This document shows positions 1-11,192 of a DNA stretch of 64,000 bases, piece by piece. A program made the translations under genes and the position numbers. Source of the DNA: Candidatus Saccharimonadales bacterium (GTDB taxonomy: Bacteria; Patescibacteriota; Saccharimonadia; Saccharimonadales; UBA4665); the NCBI GenBank assembly GCA_036383395.1, contig DASVOI010000014.1:329-64328 (forward strand), read 5' to 3'. Numbering within the stretch: the first letter of the stretch is position 1; each line of letters begins with the position of its first letter. A model generated the notes under the pieces. That model was not told the DNA's origin. It ran no database searches and saw only the letters and a program-made list of their open reading frames with translations.

Positions 1-86
1 GTGTTTTTTACGGCGGTTCCTACCTGATGGTAATCGCCGATTGGTTTGCCCGGCATTTGTTTGGGCGCAGCGCCCTGCCCGACTAG

Positions 87-659
87 TTATTGATTATTGC
101 TTTGCCAGCGGCCGCTCGCCTCTTGGTATGGCTGGCAGTTTCTCCACAGGCCCTTGTTGGCCGCCTTGGCCTGCTCTTGGTACTGCACAAATTCGGCCGA
201 TTTGGTAAACGGGAATTGCGTGTAGGCAAAGGCGTAGCCGTTTTTGACCAGCTCGGCGTCTAGCAGCCGGCCATCTGGCAGATACACATAGCGCAGCAAG
301 CGGTTATAGCGGTCGCGGTTGGTGCTGTCGGGGTCGGCTTGCAACCGGACCCTGCCCGTGCCGATCAGACTTTTGGTGTAGGCTGCGGCGGCCGGGCCGT
401 AACATTGCACTGGCGTGTTGGGTTTGTGCGTTTCGGGCGTGTCGATACCGATGAAGCGCACGGTTTCGGTTTTGCCGTCCATGTTGACAGCTATGGTGTC
501 GCCGTCAACAAAGTGATTGATGCTATAGAGGCCAGGATTGTTCGTCGCTACGGCCTGTTTGGGCGCATCCAGCCAGCCTTGTTGCTGCGCGGCGTAACCT
601 GCCATCAAGAGCAGTAAGCCAAGTGCAGAACTGATGAGTTTGAGCTTTTTCCGGGTCAC
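87..659 (-). CDS. Thermonuclease (staphylococcal nuclease/SNase family), N-terminally membrane-anchored or secreted
   Basis: Motifs VDGDTI, VRFIGIDTPE, DRYNRLLRYVY and GYA; hydrophobic N-terminus. GTG start at 659 chosen because TATACT lies 6 nt upstream (ORF track starts at 674). Confidence 0.9.
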   Translation of the reverse strand: MTRKKLKLISSALGLLLLMAGYAAQQQGWLDAPKQAVATNNPGLYSINHFVDGDTIAVNMDGKTETVRFIGIDTPETHKPNTPVQCYGPAAAAYTKSLIGTGRVRLQADPDSTNRDRYNRLLRYVYLPDGRLLDAELVKNGYAFAYTQFPFTKSAEFVQYQEQAKAANKGLWRNCQPYQEASGRWQSNNQ

Positions 660-676
660 GCGCCCAGTATACACGC

Positions 677-1201
677 TTATGCTTCGATTGCCGCCAGCGC
701 TTTTTCGACGTCTTCGCGCGTCAGGTTGGTGCCATCCAGTTTTATGGCGTGCTCGCCTGGCTCTGGCTCCTGCAAATTGTCGGCAATACGCTCAAAACGG
801 TCTGGGGGCATGTTGCCCCATATGCGGGTGTCTTGGCCGTGGGCATGTATGGTGGCTCGCTCGCGCGACAGATCCCTAGGCGTCGTTACCCATACCACAA
901 CAGTGCGCGCGCCTTCGGTGGCGGCCAGGTGGCGCAGCCGTTTGCGGTCGCGGTAAAAGTTGAAGTTGGTGTCAAAGATGACGCTTTTGCCGTCTTGCAG
1001 CAATTGCTTGGTGCGCTGATTCAGGCGCTTGTACAGCTCAATGTTTTCTTGATGGTCATGTGTAGGGTTTGCGAACAGTTTGTTGCGTTCATGGTCGGCC
1101 CATAAATGCTCCGCCCCGGTTAGCTCGTGGATGTATTTTGCTATCGTGGTCTTGCCGGAGCCCGGATAGCCGACCATTAAAAACAACGTGCGCTCGTGCA
1201 T
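677..1201 (-). CDS. Small P-loop kinase / AAA_33-type ATP-binding protein
   Basis: N-terminal Walker A GYPGSGKTT; SVIFDTNFN segment typical of nucleotide/gluconate-kinase-like proteins. Confidence 0.8.
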   Translation of the reverse strand: MHERTLFLMVGYPGSGKTTIAKYIHELTGAEHLWADHERNKLFANPTHDHQENIELYKRLNQRTKQLLQDGKSVIFDTNFNFYRDRKRLRHLAATEGARTVVVWVTTPRDLSRERATIHAHGQDTRIWGNMPPDRFERIADNLQEPEPGEHAIKLDGTNLTREDVEKALAAIEA

Positions 1202-1210
1202 GCTTCAAGC

Positions 1211-1600
1211 CTACGCTGAAAGGGCACCGCCGGCAAGACCACCGGGCCGCACCTCGCCTGGCGGCAGGTGTTTGAATTGCGCCGCGGCGTAGCCCATGGC
1301 TTCGGCTACCACGGCGAGCTGAGCGTTATGCAGAATGCCTTCGGCTTCAGCCTGGGTAATGAGGCCCTTGGCGGCAAGCTCCCCAAGTGTCAGCGGCATG
1401 AGTAGCACCTCGCCCATCAACCGCGGGCCGTCGGCCGGCTCGCCAAAAGCTTCGGGTAGCAGGCGCTGGGCCACCGGCGTGAATTCATCCGTCGGATCGC
1501 TCGGTTCGTCGCCAAAGTCGCCAGACGGCATGCACTGGGATAGATCGTCCACCACCCATCGCCGAAACGTGTACGTATCCTGAGATCGCAAACCAAGCAT
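1211..1600 (-). CDS. Hypothetical protein (orphan, acidic N-half)
   Basis: 129-aa ORF fills the gap between genes on the same strand; TACAAT 14 nt upstream; no recognisable motif. Confidence 0.5.
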   Translation of the reverse strand: MLGLRSQDTYTFRRWVVDDLSQCMPSGDFGDEPSDPTDEFTPVAQRLLPEAFGEPADGPRLMGEVLLMPLTLGELAAKGLITQAEAEGILHNAQLAVVAEAMGYAAAQFKHLPPGEVRPGGLAGGALSA

Positions 1601-1641
1601 AGCGTGTTAAGCGTATTGTAGTATTTTTTTGCTTAAAGTAC

Positions 1642-1677
1642 AAAAAACGTCTGCGACGTATTTATCACAGACGTTTT
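1642..1677 (-). terminator. Intrinsic terminator of hsp20
   Basis: Minus-strand stem AAAACGUCUGUGA / UCGCAGACGUUUU with 8-nt loop and a U6 tract, about 20 nt after the hsp20 stop. Confidence 0.8.
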
Positions 1678-1696
1678 GGTGCGTATTTGGTATAAT

Positions 1697-2167
1697 TTAT
1701 TTCTTCTTGGCAGTTTTTTCAGCAACCTTGCCGCCGTCCGAAATCGTCACTCGCTTGGGCGCCGGCAACTCCCTAAACGGTACCGTCACCTTGAGCATGC
1801 CGTTGTCGAAGTGAGCGCTGACGCGATCGCCGTCGGCCACTTTGGGCAGGCGCAGGCTGCGGTAGAAACTCTCGTGGCTTTCGCGCAGCATGTAGCTGCG
1901 TTTGCCCTGCCCGCCGGTTTCTTCTTTGGCTTGCTTTTCGCCCTTAATCTCTAGCACGTCGTCGTGGACGTTCACCTCGATCTCATCCTTGGTGAAGCCG
2001 GGTACTTCGACCTCGGCTACCAGCGACTTGTCGTCCTCGGTGTAGACATTCATCGCCGGGCCGCCCATGTGCGAGCTGGCGCTGCCGCCCCACACGCCGT
2101 TGAAGAGGTCGTCGAACGGAGTATGCATCATGCCCGAAAAGGGATCGTTCCATCTTACCAGTGCCAT
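1697..2167 (-). CDS. Hsp20/alpha-crystallin small heat-shock protein
   Basis: EVEVPGFTKDEIEV, VLEIKGEK, ESFYRSLRLP and AHFDNGMLKVTVP; start MALVRWNDPF at 2167 follows SD TAAGGAGG. Confidence 0.93.
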   Translation of the reverse strand: MALVRWNDPFSGMMHTPFDDLFNGVWGGSASSHMGGPAMNVYTEDDKSLVAEVEVPGFTKDEIEVNVHDDVLEIKGEKQAKEETGGQGKRSYMLRESHESFYRSLRLPKVADGDRVSAHFDNGMLKVTVPFRELPAPKRVTISDGGKVAEKTAKKK

Positions 2168-2198
2168 AAAACCCTCCTTAAAGTGCATTAACAACCCC

Positions 2199-2227
2199 AA
2201 TGTAGTAATGCTTGGGCCGGCCGTCAA
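2199..2227 (-). promoter_or_regulatory. sigma70-type promoter of hsp20
   Basis: TTGACG-17 nt-TACATT on the minus strand. Confidence 0.65.
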
Positions 2228-2241
2228 GCGACTTGCTTACA

Positions 2242-2811
2242 CTAAAAGTCGATCCCTTTGTTGGCCAGATATTTGTCGTCGAAGTGGTGCTTGATTTTGT
2301 GCATGTCGGTGGCAATATCGGCCAAGGGCAAAAATTCGGGCGGGAAATCGCGGCCGGTCAGGCACAGGCTGGTGTTGGGCGCCCGAGCAGTGATGAGCTT
2401 TTTGAGCTGGGCCTTGGTGAGCAAACCGTCGTGCACGGCGTTGTTGATCTCGTCGCAGATAACCAGGCCAAAGCGGCCGCTTTGAGCGCATTTGAGCGCT
2501 TCAGCATAGGTTTCTTTGGCGGCAGCGCGGTGCTGGGCGGGCGTTACAAACTCAGCGCTCAGTTCGCCGGCGTTGTAAAAGCCCTTGCCGCCCTTAAAAA
2601 AGTGCAGCTGGTCTTTGTAGAGCGGCATAATGTCGCGGATAAACACGTGCTCGCCCACGCCCCAATGTTTAATGAACTGGACAAACGCTACCTGCCAGCG
2701 GTTGCCAAGTGCGCGCGTCAAAAGCCCCAGGCCCGCACTGGTTTTGCCCTTGCCTTCGCCGGTATAGACCACCACCAGGCTGTCTTTGGTTTTGTAATCC
2801 TCAAAGGCCAT
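2242..2811 (-). CDS. cobO: Cob(I)alamin/cob(I)yrinic acid a,c-diamide adenosyltransferase (CobO/BtuR family)
   Basis: VVVYTGEGKGKTSAGLG P-loop, VAFVQFIK, LVICDEINNAV, LCLTGR and C-terminal KHHF...KGIDF. Confidence 0.92.
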   Translation of the reverse strand: MAFEDYKTKDSLVVVYTGEGKGKTSAGLGLLTRALGNRWQVAFVQFIKHWGVGEHVFIRDIMPLYKDQLHFFKGGKGFYNAGELSAEFVTPAQHRAAAKETYAEALKCAQSGRFGLVICDEINNAVHDGLLTKAQLKKLITARAPNTSLCLTGRDFPPEFLPLADIATDMHKIKHHFDDKYLANKGIDF

Positions 2812-2822
2812 GGCGTTGCAGC

Positions 2823-3080
2823 TTAGGAGGCGACGAGATTCTTTTCTTTGAGCACCATGTCGATTTTGGGCCGGTCAAAGCCGATAACGATCTCGCCGTC
2901 CATGTCGAGCACCGGAATGCCGGTCTGGCCCGACTTCTGTACTGACGCCTTGGCGTCCTCCACGTTCAAATCAACATTCTTGTAGACGTACTTGACGTTT
3001 TTGCTGTCGAAGTAGCGCATGGCCTCGTGGCAGAATGCGCACCACTCAGCACCGTAAACAATAATTTTTGCCTCATCCAT
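2823..3080 (-). CDS. Glutaredoxin / NrdH-redoxin-like protein
   Basis: WCAFC redox motif, SGQTGIPV cis-Pro loop and IIGFDRPKI. Confidence 0.9.
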   Translation of the reverse strand: MDEAKIIVYGAEWCAFCHEAMRYFDSKNVKYVYKNVDLNVEDAKASVQKSGQTGIPVLDMDGEIVIGFDRPKIDMVLKEKNLVAS

Positions 3081-3111
3081 AGTAGTTCTATTGTAGCACC
3101 TTTAGCGTTGC

Positions 3112-3768
3112 TTAGGGGCGGACTATGAGTGTGGCCTGCTGTAGTATGCGCGTGCCGGCGCCCAAGCCGCCGGCATGGACGTCGAGGCTGAAGCGCAAGA
3201 TATCGCCCTGTTGGAACAGTACGGGTTCCAGTTGGCCGCCAACGGCAACGAGCCCTTGGTTTATGAGGTCGCCGCGGTTTACTCCTCCTCCGTTGACGTC
3301 AGAGCGGCTGACTTCGCCAATGGTGCCGCGCGTCGGCGCGGCACCTACGACGCGAACGTAGCGCACGGACTCCTCCGCATGGTCGTCGGAGTGCCAGGGT
3401 TCGCTGTGTTCGGAGCGGAAGGTGCCGGCGAGCGTGCGGCTGTTGCCCTGGGTCGGCAGCCCGCACTCCCGGGCATCGGCGGCCACGGCCTTCAGAAAGG
3501 CCTCCCGCGAACGCGTCAGGCCGGCGAACTCGGGCAGCTCCGTGTCTATCTGCCCGTAGATAGTGGCGCGCAGCGCGTGGCTGCCAAGCAGCTGCAGCTC
3601 GTCAGACGTCGGCGGCAGGTTGCCAATCACCTGCACCTCGGAACGAATGCTGCCACCCCGCCGCCAAGCCGTATACTTGCCGACAACCGCATCAAAGGTA
3701 AGCGGCGGTGTGTCTATGAGGGTACCGCCCAATGAGTCGAAACCTGTCCGTAACATGTCGCCGCACAT
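3112..3768 (-). CDS. Hypothetical protein, possible Fe(II)/2OG-oxygenase-like (DUF1826-like) fold
   Basis: WHSD (HxD) followed by GDILRF..VH (distal His); the true start may be 3756. Confidence 0.45.
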   Translation of the reverse strand: MCGDMLRTGFDSLGGTLIDTPPLTFDAVVGKYTAWRRGGSIRSEVQVIGNLPPTSDELQLLGSHALRATIYGQIDTELPEFAGLTRSREAFLKAVAADARECGLPTQGNSRTLAGTFRSEHSEPWHSDDHAEESVRYVRVVGAAPTRGTIGEVSRSDVNGGGVNRGDLINQGLVAVGGQLEPVLFQQGDILRFSLDVHAGGLGAGTRILQQATLIVRP

Positions 3769-3788
3769 AATACACCTTTAAACTTCTG

Positions 3789-3818
3789 TTGCATACCCCC
3801 GGTGCCATCTGGTATAGT
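3789..3818 (+). promoter_or_regulatory. Promoter of the atp operon (near-leaderless)
   Basis: TTGCAT-18 nt-TATAGT with an extended TG, 9 nt before the ATG at 3828. Confidence 0.65.
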
Positions 3819-3827
3819 ACATAAGAA

Positions 3828-4100
3828 ATGAAGCATGCCGCCGATTCCCCGACGACAAAACATCGAGGTGCCGACGCCGATTTGGGCGTTGCCGGTGTTC
3901 TCGCACTCACTTTCCTCGACACCACTTGGCGCATTGCAACACCTGTCATCTTGTTTACGGTACTCGGGATCATTGCCGACCGGCGGTTTGGCACCAAACC
4001 CTGGATTACGCTTCTCTGCGTCGTCATTGGTTTTGCCTTCGCCGTGTTGCTGGTAAAGCGCCAGTTGGATGCCGTACAAAAATCGGAGGATAAGAAATAA
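3828..4100 (+). CDS. atpI: AtpZ/AtpI-family small membrane protein
   Basis: Two TM helices, IADRRFGTKPW loop, first gene of the atp operon; stop overlaps atpB start (TAATG). Confidence 0.8.
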   Translation: MKHAADSPTTKHRGADADLGVAGVLALTFLDTTWRIATPVILFTVLGIIADRRFGTKPWITLLCVVIGFAFAVLLVKRQLDAVQKSEDKK

Positions 4101-4888
4101 TGTTCATGTTCGCGTCAGAATCACCAAAAGTAAGCGTCGCGCCCGAGACCCTGTTTCACCTTGGGCCGTTTGCCGTCACCAACTCGCAAATGCTTGGTGT
4201 TGTTGGCGTCACCCTTATTTTGGTGCTGCTGTTCTGGACCAAGCGGGCGCTCTTAAAGGGCTCCCGTTCTCGTTTAATGCACATGGTGATGTGGGCGTTT
4301 GAGAGCCTGTACGACACCACCATCGAAGTCATTGGCGACAAGGCCGTGGCCCGCAAGATTTTGCCCCTGGCCGTTACGCTGCTCTTTTTCTTCCTGGTGA
4401 ACAACTGGCTGGGCATCTTCCCGTTTGTGGGTTCGGTGACGTATAACGGCACGCCGCTGTTCCGCGGTGCCGCCGCCGACATGAACACCACCTTTGCGCT
4501 GGCGATTATTTCTATGGTGACGGCGCAGGCTTGGGCCATCAAGAAGCATGGCTTCTTGGGCAACGTCCGCCGCTATCTCATCAGCCCGTTTAAGGACCCG
4601 CTGCACAGCTTCGAGGGCATCCTCGAAATCGTCGCCGAGTTCTCGCGCCTGCTTGCCCTCTCCCTTCGTATTTTTGGTAACGTGTTCGGCGGCGAAGTGC
4701 TGCTGAGCGTTATCGCCTACCTGAGCAGCTACGCGGCTGCCATCTCGCTGCCCCTTTTCTATGTCCTCGAGCTTTTTGTTGGCGCCGTACAGGCGTATGT
4801 GTTCTTCATGTTGACGGTTGCATTCATTAGTTTGGGTCTGCCGAACGGTGAAGATGCGCATGCAGACGCGGCCGAGGATAGTCATTAA
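4100..4888 (+). CDS. atpB: ATP synthase Fo subunit a
   Basis: LSLRIFGN with the essential Arg, ADMNTTFALA, and AVQAYVFFMLT. Confidence 0.97.
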   Translation: MFMFASESPKVSVAPETLFHLGPFAVTNSQMLGVVGVTLILVLLFWTKRALLKGSRSRLMHMVMWAFESLYDTTIEVIGDKAVARKILPLAVTLLFFFLVNNWLGIFPFVGSVTYNGTPLFRGAAADMNTTFALAIISMVTAQAWAIKKHGFLGNVRRYLISPFKDPLHSFEGILEIVAEFSRLLALSLRIFGNVFGGEVLLSVIAYLSSYAAAISLPLFYVLELFVGAVQAYVFFMLTVAFISLGLPNGEDAHADAAEDSH

Positions 4889-4919
4889 AAATAGTAGTAA
4901 ATAAGGAGTTATAAATAAC

Positions 4920-5141
4920 ATGGACATTACCCCACTCGCATTTGGTCTGACCTACGCGATTGCTGCCGCAGGTTGTGGCATTGGCTTGGGCTTGGTTGGT
5001 CTTGGCGCCGTACAGGCTGCTGGTCGCAACCCGGAAGCTTTGGGCAAAATCCGTACGCTGATGATTTTGGCCATGTCCTTCGTGGACGCCTTGGCTATCA
5101 TCGGTTTGGTGGTTGCCTTGATCGTGAAGTTCTTGAAGTAA
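4920..5141 (+). CDS. atpE: ATP synthase Fo subunit c (H+-type, Asp carboxylate)
   Basis: GxGxG helix, GRNPE loop and FVDALAII; no Q/E/S Na+ signature. Confidence 0.97.
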   Translation: MDITPLAFGLTYAIAAAGCGIGLGLVGLGAVQAAGRNPEALGKIRTLMILAMSFVDALAIIGLVVALIVKFLK

Positions 5142-5163
5142 GGTTTGTAGGAAAGCACATACA

Positions 5164-5700
5164 ATGTTGACTGTTTTAGCAACAACCGAAGGAGCCTCGA
5201 GCCCGAGCCTATTCCAGGCTCTGGGCTTGAACGCGCAGCTCTTTATCGAGCAAGGTGTCGCCTTCCTTATTCTGGTGTTTGTGCTGGGCAAGTTTGTGTA
5301 TCCGGCGCTTGTGAAGGCTATTGACGACCGCCGGGCCGCTATCGAAGCCGGCTTGCAGGAAGCCAAAGACTCGCAAGAGGCGTTGGAAAAGGCCGAAGCC
5401 AAAGTGTCTGAGATGCTTGAAGAAGCTCGCAAGGAAGCCGACGAAATGCTCGCCCGCACCCATCAGGAGGCGGCTAGCGTCGTTGCCGACGCCGAGAGCA
5501 AGGCCAAGCAGCGCGCCGAGCAAATTGTGGCTGACGCCCGCCAACAGCTGGCAGTAGACGTCAGCAAAGCCCGCGAAGCCCTCAAGAAGGATACAGTGGA
5601 GCTGGTGGCGCTGGCCACCGAACGCGTCATTGGCGAGAAGCTTGACGACCGTAAGGATGCCGACCTGGTTAAGAAGGCACTTGCCGAGGAGAAGGCGTAA
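5164..5700 (+). CDS. atpF: ATP synthase Fo subunit b
   Basis: N-terminal TM, KFVYPALVKAIDDRR and a long coiled coil. Confidence 0.96.
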   Translation: MLTVLATTEGASSPSLFQALGLNAQLFIEQGVAFLILVFVLGKFVYPALVKAIDDRRAAIEAGLQEAKDSQEALEKAEAKVSEMLEEARKEADEMLARTHQEAASVVADAESKAKQRAEQIVADARQQLAVDVSKAREALKKDTVELVALATERVIGEKLDDRKDADLVKKALAEEKA

Positions 5701-5701
5701 G

Positions 5702-6097
5702 GTGAACAATAAGGTGTCGCGACGAGTACTAGCCCGTACGGTAGCAGCCAAACTGCTGCAGGAGCCGTCCAATCAGAAACACTGGCTCAAGGCAGCCGCT
5801 GCCTACCTCATGGAACAGAAGATGGTAGATGACCTGGACTTGTTTATCAACGACCTGGCCCACGAACTGTATATGCAGTCCGGCCACCTGTTGGTGGACG
5901 TGACGAGTGCCCGTAAACTGTCCGACTCTGTCCGCGGTGAACTCAAGCACACCCTTGGCGACGCCACGAGCGCTAAGCACGTAGAACTAGTTGAGCATGT
6001 TGATACTTCCCTGTTGGGCGGCCTTATCGCCCGGACCCCGGATGCCCAGCTCGACGCCAGCGTGCGCACCAAACTCAAGCAATTAGCGAGCCTATAA
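5702..6097 (+). CDS. atpH: ATP synthase F1 subunit delta (short form)
   Basis: GTG start 1 nt after atpF; C-terminal VTSA...VDTSLLGGLIAR...DASVRTKL OSCP domain; N-terminal domain reduced. Confidence 0.9.
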   Translation: MNNKVSRRVLARTVAAKLLQEPSNQKHWLKAAAAYLMEQKMVDDLDLFINDLAHELYMQSGHLLVDVTSARKLSDSVRGELKHTLGDATSAKHVELVEHVDTSLLGGLIARTPDAQLDASVRTKLKQLASL

Positions 6098-6118
6098 CCA
6101 GGAGATAAGAGAATAATT

Positions 6119-7675
6119 ATGAGTGAACTTGCAATTCAAGAACTATCGGCTGAGCTGCGCAACGCCATCCAGTCTTTGCGCACCAACAAAGGCCTGGAAG
6201 AAGCCGGCATCGTTACCCGCGTGGGTGACGGCACGGCTTGGATTTACGGCCTGCGTAGCGCCGGTTATAACGAAGTAATCGAGATCGAGACTCGCAAGGG
6301 CGGCAAAGTAACCGCTTTTGCGCTGAACCTTTTGGAAGACGAAATCGGCGCCGTGATTTTGGGCGATGACGCCGAAGTTGTTGCCGGCGCTAAAGTAACG
6401 ATGACTGGGCACGTTTTGGACGTGCCGGTTGGCCCCGAACTGGTTGGCCGGGTGGTGAACCCGCTGGGCGAACCGCTGGACGGCAAAGGTCCGATCAAGG
6501 CCAAGCAGCGCGGCCTGCTGGAGCGCGCCGCCCCTGGTGTTATGGCCCGCAAGAGCGTGCACGAGCCGCTGATGACCGGCCTTGTTGCCATCGACGCCCT
6601 GACGCCGATCGGCCGCGGCCAGCGCGAACTTATTATTGGCGACCGTCAAACCGGCAAGACTGCCATCGCTGTCGATACCATGATTAACCAGGCCAAGCAA
6701 AAGACCGGCGTTATCAACGTGTACGTTGCCGTCGGCCAGAAGTTGTCTAAGGTTGCCGCTTTGGTAGAGCGCCTGAAGCGCGAAGGCGTGATGGACCAGA
6801 CCATTGTGGTGGCCACCAGCCCGTCCGACCCGGCTCCGCTGCTGTACTTGGCGCCGTACGCCGGTACTGCCATGGGCGAATACTTCCGCGACAACGGCGA
6901 GCACGCTCTGATCATCCACGATGACCTGACCAAGCACGCCGTGGCCTACCGCCAAATGTCGCTGCTGCTGCGCCGCCCACCGGGCCGCGAAGCCTACCCT
7001 GGTGATGTTTTCTACCTGCACTCCCGTTTACTGGAGCGCGCCGCCAAACTGAACGACGAACTCGGCGCCGGCAGTCTGACTGCCCTGCCGATCATCGAAA
7101 CGCAGGCCGGCGACATCTCTGCCTACATTCCGACGAACGTTATTTCCATCACCGACGGCCAGATCTTCCTGGAAACCAGCCTGTTCTACCAGGGTATCCG
7201 TCCGGCTATCTCCGTCGGTCTCTCGGTGTCGCGTGTGGGTGGCGCCGCTCAGACCAAGGCCGTCAAGAGCGTGTCCGGCGGCCTCAAGCTGAGCCTTGCC
7301 CAGTTCCGCGAACTAGCCAGCTTTGCTCAGTTTAGTTCCGACCTCGACCCCGAAACCAAGCAGTCCATTGAACGCGGCCAGCGCCTGACCGAATTGCTGA
7401 AACAGAAGCAGTACCAGCCGCTGTCTATCGCCGAGCAGGTCATCAGCCTGATGGCCGCCACGAAGGGCGCCTTCGATGGCGTGCCGGTCGAGAAGATTAA
7501 GGACGCTCAAGCCGAACTCATCTCCTTCATGGAAGACAAGCATGGCGCCGTGGTAAAAACCCTGAACAAGGGCGACAAGCCGACCGAAGACATCGAGAAA
7601 ACCGTGCTGGAGTCAGCCGAAAAGGTAGCCAAGAGCTACGCGGCTGCCGCTAAGCCGAAGAAGGCCAAGGAGTAG
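6119..7675 (+). CDS. atpA: ATP synthase F1 subunit alpha
   Basis: GDRQTGKT Walker [25 protein letters not shown] and [11 protein letters not shown]. Confidence 0.99.
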   Translation: MSELAIQELSAELRNAIQSLRTNKGLEEAGIVTRVGDGTAWIYGLRSAGYNEVIEIETRKGGKVTAFALNLLEDEIGAVILGDDAEVVAGAKVTMTGHVLDVPVGPELVGRVVNPLGEPLDGKGPIKAKQRGLLERAAPGVMARKSVHEPLMTGLVAIDALTPIGRGQRELIIGDRQTGKTAIAVDTMINQAKQKTGVINVYVAVGQKLSKVAALVERLKREGVMDQTIVVATSPSDPAPLLYLAPYAGTAMGEYFRDNGEHALIIHDDLTKHAVAYRQMSLLLRRPPGREAYPGDVFYLHSRLLERAAKLNDELGAGSLTALPIIETQAGDISAYIPTNVISITDGQIFLETSLFYQGIRPAISVGLSVSRVGGAAQTKAVKSVSGGLKLSLAQFRELASFAQFSSDLDPETKQSIERGQRLTELLKQKQYQPLSIAEQVISLMAATKGAFDGVPVEKIKDAQAELISFMEDKHGAVVKTLNKGDKPTEDIEKTVLESAEKVAKSYAAAAKPKKAKE

Positions 7676-7681
7676 CCGAGC

Positions 7682-8547
7682 ATGGCGTCACGGCAGCAAA
7701 TTAAACGGCGTATCGGCTCTGTGCGCAACACGCGCCAGATTACCAAGGCTATGCAGCTGGTTGCCGCCAGCAAGCTGCGCCACGCCCAAGAAGCGGTGGT
7801 GCGCCCGCGCGACTACGCGCAGCTGGCCCGCGAGATTTTGACTCGTCTGCGTCAACTCGGCGCCGGCGAAAGCGAATTCAAGCTGTTTGCCGAACGGCCG
7901 GTGAAGCGCCGGCTTATTATCGCCATGACGAGTGACCTGGGACTGGCCGGCGCTTATGACGCCAACGTTGTCCGACAGCTGATCACCGAAGCCCAAGCCG
8001 ACCACGGCAAGGGTGTAAAGACCGCTGTAGTAGCCATTGGCCGCAAGGCCGCGCAGGCTGCCAGCCACATCGCCGGCCTCGAAGTGGAAGCCGTCTACAC
8101 CAAGATGCCCGACAAGCCCACTGCCGACGATCTGCGTCCGATTTTGAGCAGCATCGTGGCCAAGTTCGCCGACGGCGACGTCGACCAAGTCGACATCATC
8201 TTCACCAAGTTTGTTTCGAGCATTAGCCAGCAAGTCCAGCTGCAGCGTTTGCTGCCGGCCGGCTTTGAAGAGGCCGAGCTAAACGACGAGCTGGCGCACG
8301 CCGACGTCGAACCCGACGTGGGCAGCCTGCTGCGCGCCGCCGCGTTGCGCCTGCTGGAAGCCCAGATCTACCAGGCCTTTTTAGAGGCCGTGGCCTCTGA
8401 GCAGTCCATGCGTATGCTGGCCATGAAGAACGCCACTGACAACGCCAGCGACCTCATCGAGGACCTGACGCTGGAGTACAACAACGCCCGCCAGGCCGCG
8501 ATTACCCAAGAGCTGGCCGAAATTACCGGTGGTGCGGAGGCGTTGAA

Positions 8548-8551
<4 letters not shown>
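7682..8551 (+). CDS. atpG: ATP synthase F1 subunit gamma
   Basis: ITKAMQLVAASK and MKNATDNA...YNNARQAAITQELAEI. Confidence 0.99.
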
Positions 8552-10245
<1,694 letters not shown>

Positions 10246-10246
<1 letters not shown>

Positions 10247-10488
10247 TGGATCCGCTCGGTAACCCTTATGAAGTGCCTGGTGCCGCCGAAGGTGGTGCCG
10301 TTATGGAGGCTATGCTGGTAACCCGCATTGCCCAAGGCGTAGGCCATGTAGCCCGTGAGGCCTGGCGCCGTCTGACCGCACCGCGTACTCCCGATCAGCG
10401 ATTTAGCGAGGACATGGCCGGTGGTGCCGGCGAGATGGGCGCATTACTGCTCGCCCAATATGGCCGGCGACCTCCGGAGGGACAGTAA
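10246..10488 (+). CDS. Orphan ORF inserted after atpD
   Basis: 80-aa ORF; TAATG overlap with the atpD stop. Confidence 0.65.
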
Positions 10489-10490
10489 CT

Positions 10491-11192
10491 ATGAACGAGG
10501 GCGTACCCGGACCGGCCAACCCCAACCAGCCGCAAGATCCATTGGCGGCACAAATTGAAGGTATCTTTACGCCGGAAGATCACGCCGCGCTCGGTGCGAA
10601 TGACGCAAACGCTCTGCGCAATGAGGTCGAAAGCGCCTTCCCCCCCGACGCTGAGCGGGCGATGGAGTTGAATGACTCGCTGAACGAGCTGCCGAAGCCC
10701 CGCGCCGAGAATGCCGGCATCTTTGCCGACGAAATCATGCGCAGCAAGCCGGACATCTTGAACGACGACATTAATAGCGCCGTGCAGCGCATACTGAACG
10801 GCGAGACGCCTACGCCGCCGGAAGAGCCCGCTGCGCTTACCCAAGAGCAGCTCGATGCCGCCGCAGCCGAAAACCAGCGGGCGGAAAATGAGCGTCGGCT
10901 CGGTGAAGCCGCAGATGAGGCGACCGGCATGTCCGCCTTGGGCGCTGCCGTTGACGAAGCGACCAGCCTCACGCCGGCACCCACCCTCGTGCCCAGCAGA
11001 AGCGCGGCGCGCCGCGACCTGAGCGGCCTGGGCTTTGCGCAGGTACGCGATGAATACCGTCGGCAGTCCGAGCAACGGCGTAACGAGCGCGGTCAGGGCC
11101 TCACCCCCGACCAAGCCGCCGAAGCGTTGAGAGACCAACAGCCGCCCCAAGACGAAGGACCAGACCAAGGACCGCAAGGAGAACAGCAATGA
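10491..11192 (+). CDS. Orphan acidic, Pro/Gln/Ala-rich protein with probable coiled-coil segments, inserted before atpC
   Basis: 233 aa; starts 2 nt after the previous stop; ATGA overlap with atpC; carries the atpC SD (AAGGAG). Confidence 0.75.
   Translation: MNEGVPGPANPNQPQDPLAAQIEGIFTPEDHAALGANDANALRNEVESAFPPDAERAMELNDSLNELPKPRAENAGIFADEIMRSKPDILNDDINSAVQRILNGETPTPPEEPAALTQEQLDAAAAENQRAENERRLGEAADEATGMSALGAAVDEATSLTPAPTLVPSRSAARRDLSGLGFAQVRDEYRRQSEQRRNERGQGLTPDQAAEALRDQQPPQDEGPDQGPQGEQQ

Noticed and set aside
1688-1696. Consensus TGG-TATAAT on the plus strand pointing antisense into hsp20
   Set aside because: No properly spaced -35 and it lies in AT-rich terminator-flanking DNA; cannot be told from chance without TSS data.
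2168-2241. Possible CIRCE/HrcA operator upstream of hsp20
   Set aside because: No TTAGCACTC-N9-GAGTGCTAA inverted repeat; only a partial TGCACT.
4920-5141. Na+-translocating ATP synthase
   Set aside because: Subunit c lacks the Gln/Glu/Ser-Thr Na+ signature and has Asp followed by Ala.
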